A stretch of DNA of 63,969 nucleotides, counting the filler, from Reclinomonas americana ATCC 50394 (taxonomy: Eukaryota), in assembly GCA_048213135.1 (NCBI GenBank). It is 17 parts of 17 records of this genome, joined end to end, with 100 filler letters (N's around TTAATTAATTAA, not from the genome) between each part and the next. Parts side by side here need not be neighbours in the genome. Positions count along the whole stretch, not along the records: positions 56,599 to 58,656 come from AFZH01019558.1; positions 58,757 to 62,808 come from AFZH01019559.1; positions 62,909 to 63,969 come from AFZH01019608.1; 14 more parts are not named here. One strand, given 5' to 3'. The notes below the pieces were generated by a model. The model saw nothing but the letters and a program-made list of their open reading frames with translations, was not told the origin of the DNA and did no database searches. Below are positions 56,780-63,969 of this stretch, piece by piece. Within the stretch, counting starts at the first letter, position 1; each line of letters starts with the position of its first letter. The position numbers and the translations under genes were made by a program.

Positions 56780-58848
56780 CTCACAGGAGCAAGAACTGCC
56801 TAAACACGCGATGTGCTCCGAGGGGAACGACAACGACGAGGAGCAACAAAGAGCAGCGGACAAAAATCACCCAGACGAATCAACGAACGAGTGGCCCGGA
56901 GACCATAGAAGAGTGGGGGCATGAGTGTGCGTGTGCATGTGCACAGAGTGCGTGCACGTTTCAGTCTGGGGAGAATAATGTCGGCGAACTCCTGAAATTG
57001 AGACAACCGCATAACGAAGAAGGCGCAGCGTGAAGAGAGTGTTGGATGGGGGTTTGCAGGTGCACAGGTGCACAGGAAGACACGTGGTGTTGGGAGTGAT
57101 GGTGCTGCGGCAGTAGCAGGAAGAGGAGGAGGGAGGGAGGGAGAAAGGGAGAAGAGGAGGAGGGGAGTGCACGTCGGTTCATTGTTGGCAAAAAAGTGTG
57201 TGTTGGAGGTCATGCTCACCGTGCCCACCACCGCCCGCTCTCCTCGTCCTTGTGTGGATGGGAAGCACACACATGTTACACTATAGACTTGTCTCTTGCA
57301 TCACCGGCAGTTGCACTCGCGGTCGCCTTATCTGCACGGTGCACGTTGTGATCATGCATGCATATGATCCTTCTATCTCCTCTGTATCTCCTCTCTCTTC
57401 TCTCTCATTGCTTTGCTTTCCTTCTGCTGCGTGGGTGGAGGGTGGGCGCTTGCTTGCTGCTGCTACAGGTGCTACTGGTGCTTCACCGCGCCAGTGGCGT
57501 CGACGACGACGGTGAGACTGTTGCTGTTTATGGCAACTCGCTGTCTTGCTGGAAATTTAACGGGGTATCCTCACTTGTATCTCCTCCAATGCATGGTGGT
57601 CGCTGGTGCTGCGCATGCATTGCCCTCCTACTTACGGTCGTCTTGCACCCAAGTGCGAACCGCGAGTGTGATGGTGGGTCGTCGCGTTTGCACGTGTGTG
57701 AGATACTGGCCAGTAGGCATATATAGATATCGGAAGTCAAGAACAACAACAACAACGACGACGACAACAACAGCAACACCAGTGCACGCAGTGGCATGGT
57801 GCTCAGCCTCTTCAGTGAGTACCAGAAATGGAGACAAGTCACGGTTCCGGACCAGGAGAATGTGCGATCATCGATCGCAAAACTGGTATCCAAGTGTAAC
57901 GTGCGGGATTGCAAGCACAGCCGCAGGCTTTGCTTGAGGTAGTCTGCTCACCGACAGATGCCTGCCGTCCGCCAGGCGACCTCGAGCAGAGAGACGCAAC
58001 AGTCTGCTTCCGACTCTTTCCTGTGGTTCGAAATTGAATTTCCCCCCTTCTTTTCATCCATCACTCTCAACACTGGCGTGCATGAGGCAGGCATCGTTTT
58101 CCCTCATCAGCAGAAGTGTGACACTGGCTCTCTCCTCTGTTATGAGTGTGCAGTTTCGAAACTGGCGCCGCCGAATATTCTCTCGCGTCCCTTGTTGTGC
58201 AAGATGACCAAAAGCACAACATAACACACACGCACACGCACAAACGCGCGCTCTATTCACACACACATTGAGAAGCGGACAAGGAATCTTCCTCTCTCCG
58301 CAGTACAGACAGCAACGAGAGGGCGCTCATCTTGATCACATCTTCAACTGGCAAAAGTGGCCATTGTGTTTGCGACCAATCTGCTGACCATCACACGTGC
58401 CCTCCCTCCCTCCCTCCTCATCACAGCAGTGAGTGACACACGACACACGTTCTGTGGTGACAGTGGGAGAGACAGGCGGCAGCTGGCGTCCGCTCTCCGA
58501 CAGGCAACAAAAAAGGTCCGACGTGAGTCAGCCAATTTCCCACACAGCACACAACACAGCAGCACACGAATTACTGGCGGTGCAAGTCAAGCCACACGAC
58601 AAAACAAGCTGTCCTCTCTCCCCACCACGACACACAGAAACGAGAGGTCTGGAGTGNNNNNNNNNNNNNNNNNNNNNNNNNNNNNNNNNNNNNNNNNNNN
58701 TTAATTAATTAANNNNNNNNNNNNNNNNNNNNNNNNNNNNNNNNNNNNNNNNNNNNACACCTGTGGCAACCACAACCTTGTCTACATCCACCACGTGCGA
58801 CAGTATCGTGCTGCACGTCAACCGCACAGACGGCGGCGACATACAAGC

Positions 58849-60446
58849 ATGAGCAACGGCGGCGGCGGCGATTCTGACCGTCATCGCCCTCCAGCCACAA
58901 CCACAACCACAGCAACAGCAGCAACAGCAACAGTGTCAGCTGGAGGAGGAGGCAGAGAGGGGGAATCTTCGGCGACTGGCCGCACACAACCACGACGGGA
59001 AACCACGACGACGACGACGGCGGAGGCCAGACACCACGTCCACCCGTCGCCGCCTCGACGTTCTACGTCCCCACCACCACCACCACCACCATCACCACCC
59101 GCCAATGCTCGACCGCAGACGTCACCACTGCACACGCAGCAACAGCACGTCAGGGAGGGCGAGCAGGAGGACGACGAGGAGGATGACGACGCACTGAACG
59201 ACCCAGTTGGCGGCAGCGAGCGCAAGAAATCGCGCTTCAGCAGGGTGCAGGCATGTCGGCCACACCCCTGCACACACACACTACACCCCTCCACTCTGTG
59301 CTCACTCACTGCTGTTGTGCACAGACGGAGCATCTGCGCAGCGTGTTTGAGTCGCAGCCGTATCCCAATCTAGAAGAGAGACAAGCGCTGGCTCATCGAC
59401 TGGAGACCACCGTCAACAAGGTCAGCAACTGGTTCCAGAACGCGCGTGCACGAGTCAGCCAGGAGCGTCGCAAGCAACACGAGCGTGCACTATTCGCAGC
59501 CGCACGTCAGCGACTGTTTGCACAACAACAGCAGCAGAATCAGCGTGACGAGTGCACATCACCACCAGCAACAGCAGCAACACCAGCACCAGCAGAGCAG
59601 CGGCGACGGCAAGTGCAACGCGAGATTCCTTCCCCCCTGTCAACCACGACCACGACCACAACCACGCCGACATCTGTGCGCAAGAGACGACGATCTCAGA
59701 CGCCACCACCACCACCGGAAGAGGAGGAGAAGGAGGACCGCAGTACTGCCGCCTCACCATCATTCCCGCTGTCGTCGTCGCCATCATCACAAGACACCGA
59801 CAGTGGCCACATGCCTGCCGTGGGTGTGCGGGATGGCGAGTGTGACGACTTGTCGTCGCCTCCACGACAGAGACATGCCGAGTCGTCGCGGTCGGTGCCT
59901 GTGCCTGTTCCATTGCCTGTGGCAGCAGGCCAGTCGGCCGACGAGATGAAGGCGGCGGCTGAAGCGTACGTGGCCGCCACGCTTGCGGCACATCCAAGTT
60001 TGACCTCGTCGCCAACACTGACGGTGGGGGTGTGCGTTGCCGAGGCGATGCGGTACCAGCTGCGTGCCGACGCCTTCCGCAACCTCGCCGCTCGCCTCGT
60101 CATGCCGTCGCAGCACGTGGCGACTGCCATGGACGTGGAAGAACCACGGCGTTCCCCGCAACACGCAGCAGAGTCCATCCCGCACATGCACCAGCTGCTG
60201 GCGGCAGTGGAGAGTCGGAGAAGCGGCGGGCTTCCAACTCCTTCTTCACCTCCAGCTGCAAGAGTGCCATCTGTTGTTGCCAGCGTAGCTCTGAACGGAG
60301 ACGCTGGTGGACGGCATGCACATGAGCCAACAGCTGCGCCAACGCAATCAGTCGCCACTGCAGCCTCCGAGCAACAACAACAACAGCAACTACACCAAGT
60401 ACATGCTTCAGTTCGTGGCACGTGGCCAGGCTCACGTCCACACTGA
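58849..60446 (+). CDS. Homeobox gene type A, copy 3 (exons 58849-59250, 59325-60446; 507 aa)
   Basis: Near-identical homeodomain (ESQPYP) and the same 74-nt GC-AG intron; frame intact. Confidence 0.92.
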
Positions 60447-61598
60447 CTTGGGATGCAGTGAATACACCAGCAGCCACACTGCAGCAGCAACCTTGCTCCC
60501 ATTTTCCTGTGTCGGAGTGAGTGTGTGACACAGAGAGAGAGAGAGGCAAAGGCAAGACCAGAAAGGGTAAGTGTGGACGAATATCGTACCCCGAAGCGCA
60601 TCTCTCTCACACGAGGAAGGAGGGGTGAGGGCCACTCACTCAGCTCTCGGGGGAGAGGAGAAGGAGGCAACAATGGACAAACGCCAGCGAGTGGAAACAC
60701 AAAAAAAACTCGTCATCTTTCGTCTCTGTCTCTGTCGCGAGCAGACAGACGACTGACGATCGACGAAAACGAACGAGCGAGGGAACAGAAGATCAGCGGC
60801 GAGGAGTGAGAGTGAGAGAGTGTTGAAGTGCTGGAGTGTGTGTTTACATAGAGAGCGGGTTCACATCCAACATGGAGTGAGGGGCGGGCGCGCACGCATA
60901 CACGCACCTGTAATGTGTACATCTTCAAATCGTTATTACCACGAAAGGCGTCAAGGAGGAGCTGGCACGCCTGCTTGCGCGTGGAGAGCACGCAGTGGGT
61001 GCATGGCAACGTGTGGTATGAAGAGTGGTGGAGCGGCGGCGACAGGGAGAGAGTGGTGTGGCGAGTGCACATGGTGGGAGATCATGGTCGCGCACCTGAC
61101 CACTCGCCCTCTCCTCCTCGTGCGCTGGGGAGGCACAGGCGTGCACAAAAGCACGCACTCTGCACAAGACAGCCCCCCGCTGTCACCAGCAGTCAGCGTC
61201 TCTCACACTTTTTCTTGTCACTCACAAAGGAGACAAGTGGAGTTTCTCTCACCGAATCCCATGGCCGAGCGCACCTTGCCGCGGTCATTACCTCTCTGTC
61301 TCCTCTCTCTGTCTCTGTCCCCTCCCTGCCATCTCTGGACAGAAGAGGAGAGAGTGAGGACGGATGAGAAACACAGACCCACAGTGAGAGACGCCTGCGC
61401 CTCTCTCTCTGTCAACACAAAAGGAGTTCATGTGTTGCCGGAAATTTAACTCATGCCTAGGCCTGCAGCTTTTACTCTCTGACTGGTACATTATGTGAGG
61501 TTGGTGTCGGTGACTGTCGCGGTGCGTTCTGCTCTCACTCGGCAAGTTCTATAAAGCCAACGTTGCAACTGACTCGCAATAATTAACACGAAGCATTT

Positions 61599-62808
61599 TT
61601 ACAAGATAGTACAATCCTTGCTTTGCTTCGCATCAGAGTAGTCAGCATCTACAGGGCCGATGACTCGCTCCAGCAACACACATTTCTCATGTCGGCGATA
61701 TGCATGAATTGACTTTCCAAACGCTCGGACAGTTAGGTCAGGAGTCGGACACTTTCTCGCACGTTCCTCTTTGCCAGTTGCCAGAGACCAGACGCGCACT
61801 GTTTCGTCAGGATAACCACGCGCAGCAACGATGTGCTGACTATCGGGAGTGATTTCCACGGAATCCACAGTTCCAGTGTGGTCCACCATGGCCAGCCGTC
61901 GCAACTCCGCGCCGCTCGCCAACGACCACACTCTCACAGTCTTGTCCCAACTCGCACTCACAATATGTTGACTGTCGCGAGAGACAGCGACAGAGCAGAC
62001 TGCATCAGCGTGACCCTCCAACCGTCGTACTTCTTTTCCACCGGAAACTGACCAGAGTCGCACTGTTTTGTCATAACTGCCACTCACAACGTGTTGACCG
62101 TCGACACAGATGGCGACAGACAAAACACCATCCGTATGTCCCTCAAGTTGCCGTACTTGTTTTCCACTCGCCATCGACCATACTCGCACTGTCTTGTCCC
62201 AACTACCACTCGCGATGTGGTGCCCAGACGGAGTGACGGTGACCGATCGCACCGATCCCGTGTGTCCCTCCAGTCGGCGTATTTCCTCTCCGCTGGAGAC
62301 AGACCACACTCGAACTGTCTTGTCATCACTCCCACTCACTACGAGCTGGCTATCTGAAGTGGTGGTGACAGAATTCACTGCTCGAGTGTGCCCCTCCAAC
62401 CGTCGCACTTCTTCGCCTCTCTCCAGCGACCACACTCGCACTGGCTGCTGCGCACCTCCGCCACCATTCGATGCAGTGTGCCCATCGAGACGGGCGCAGC
62501 TAGCTATAGACTCAGACGGTTCATCGTCATGGTGCACGACTTCTCCGCTCACCACTGACCACACTCGAAGCGTCTTGTCAGCTCCACCGCTCACGATGTA
62601 TTTGCCGTCAGGAGTGACAATAATAGCATTCAGTACGTCGGTGTGCCCATCAAACAATCGCACATTTCTACCACTTGTCAGTGACCACATCCACACCGTC
62701 AAGTCAGCACCACCACTGACAGCAAACTGACCATCAGGAGTAACAACTACAGACGTTACCCCTTCTGCATGTCCATCCAGTTGTCGCACTTCTTCTCCTC
62801 TCGCCACC
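61599..62808 (-). CDS. WD40-repeat protein, 3' part (5' end in gap), ending in CaaX motif CTIL
   Basis: About nine highly regular repeats of the type LEGHTxxVxSVxVTPDGxxVVSGSxDKTVRVWS; 1.2 kb with no apparent intron; ends KDCTIL-TAA. Confidence 0.9.
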
Positions 62809-63044
62809 NNNNNNNNNNNNNNNNNNNNNNNNNNNNNNNNNNNNNNNNNNNNTTAATTAATTAANNNNNNNNNNNNNNNNNNNNNNNNNNNNNNNNNNNN
62901 NNNNNNNNGGTGAAAGATCTTTCCGTGTGGACTGACAAGCACAGGCAGGGTTAAGTTCACACTCACAACCGCGTTGCCGGAGTACACATGATAGAATCAG
63001 TCGTCGCAGGACAAGCGATCTCACAATTGTACAAGTTGTCTCAC

Positions 63045-63766
63045 ATGGGCGCCGGTGGATCCTCCTCCGCCACCGAGATCGTGCCCGGCGATGTCGTGCG
63101 CCTCAAAGTCAGTGCCTCTCTCACTCTCTCTCACACACATCGTTTCTCTTGTCTTCTTCTCACACCAGTGCTCACACAGAGCGAGGCGCGATCAATGCGC
63201 ACAGATCAACGACGCGATGCGGTGTTTCGTGTGCAATCAGTGCGTCTTTATGTGCTCCCTCTTCCTCCCCCCCCCCTCCCTCTCTCTCTCTTTCTGATGA
63301 TTGATGATTGTATTGTGTGTGTGTGTGCGCGCACGCACTCACACAGATTCGCGACGGCCATGTGTTTTGTGAGCAAGGCATCTCGCTGCGCGTGAGTGAC
63401 GTGGAAGCTGTCAAAGACGAGGCCTATCGCACTCGTCGAGAGATCCTTCTCTTGTACCAGGTTGAACTCGCCATCTCTTATTCTCACTCTCAGTGTCTCC
63501 TCAATCATTCGTTCTCCTCGTCACTCGCAGTCTTTCATGGACGCGGCGGGCAGAGCACACTGTGAGGGTGCGCTGTTGTCACTGCAGGCACGAGTGCTCT
63601 CGGCGGCACAGGCAGGATCGTTGATCATGCTGGAGCATTTGGACTTGTCTGGCAACGCGTTCAAGTCGCGCAGTGATGTGTTGGCGCTGCAGCTCTTTCT
63701 CGCCGAGTGGGAGAAGCGCTTTCCCGATCGTGCACAGGAGCTGCTCTTGCGCGACTGTGGACTACA
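63045..63766 (+). CDS. 5' part of a leucine-rich-repeat protein, predicted N-myristoylated (MGAGGS)
   Basis: Four exons splice in frame: MGAGGSSSATEIVPGDVVRLK/SEARS..FRVQS/IRDGHVFCE..LLYQ/SFMD..LEHLDLSGNAF..ELLLRDCGL; truncated at the window end. Confidence 0.7.
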
Positions 63767-63805
63767 GTTCCGTGTGAATGAGGGAGAGTTGGAGAGGGAG
63801 AGGGA

Positions 63806-63851
<46 letters not shown>

Positions 63852-63969
63852 GGCGTCGTGTCGTCGGTACGGTACCGACCGACGACGCGACGACGCGTAC
63901 GGTAGTTAGTGTACGTGTCGGTCGGTCGGTGGTAGGGTAGGGTACGGTACGTTAGGTACGGTACGGTCG

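Overview
Intron-rich, GC-rich genomic DNA from an unidentified eukaryote, probably a protist. It uses the standard code (TAA, TAG and TGA all occur as stops). The window is a draft scaffold of 17 contigs joined by artificial N-TTAATTAATTAA-N spacers, and many gaps fall inside low-complexity introns. The first 42 kb encode: a GRAB-domain golgin, HEATR3/Syo1, a putatively myristoylated WD40-coiled-coil-IRAK/Pelle-type kinase, two hypothetical genes, the first exon of an RGG-box (fibrillarin/GAR1-like) gene, an NB-ARC-like NTPase-TPR (NLR-like) gene, cullin-4, RPT5, XRCC3, a K50 homeobox gene and prolidase. About 42.2-61.5 kb is a head-to-tail ~8 kb tandem array of two alternating paralogous homeobox genes (A-B-A-B-A). 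All five share a GC-AG intron inside the homeodomain, a TALE-like recognition helix without the TALE loop, and an unrecognised C-terminal helical domain; one B copy is doubly frameshifted. The window ends with an intronless WD40-repeat ORF carrying a CaaX box and a putatively myristoylated LRR gene. The most notable observations are the homeobox pair array, a recurrent register-shifted GTTGCG class of 5' splice sites, and long introns with GA-rich 5' and CT-rich 3' arms that could pair. All gene models and family calls were made by eye, without transcript data or database searches.
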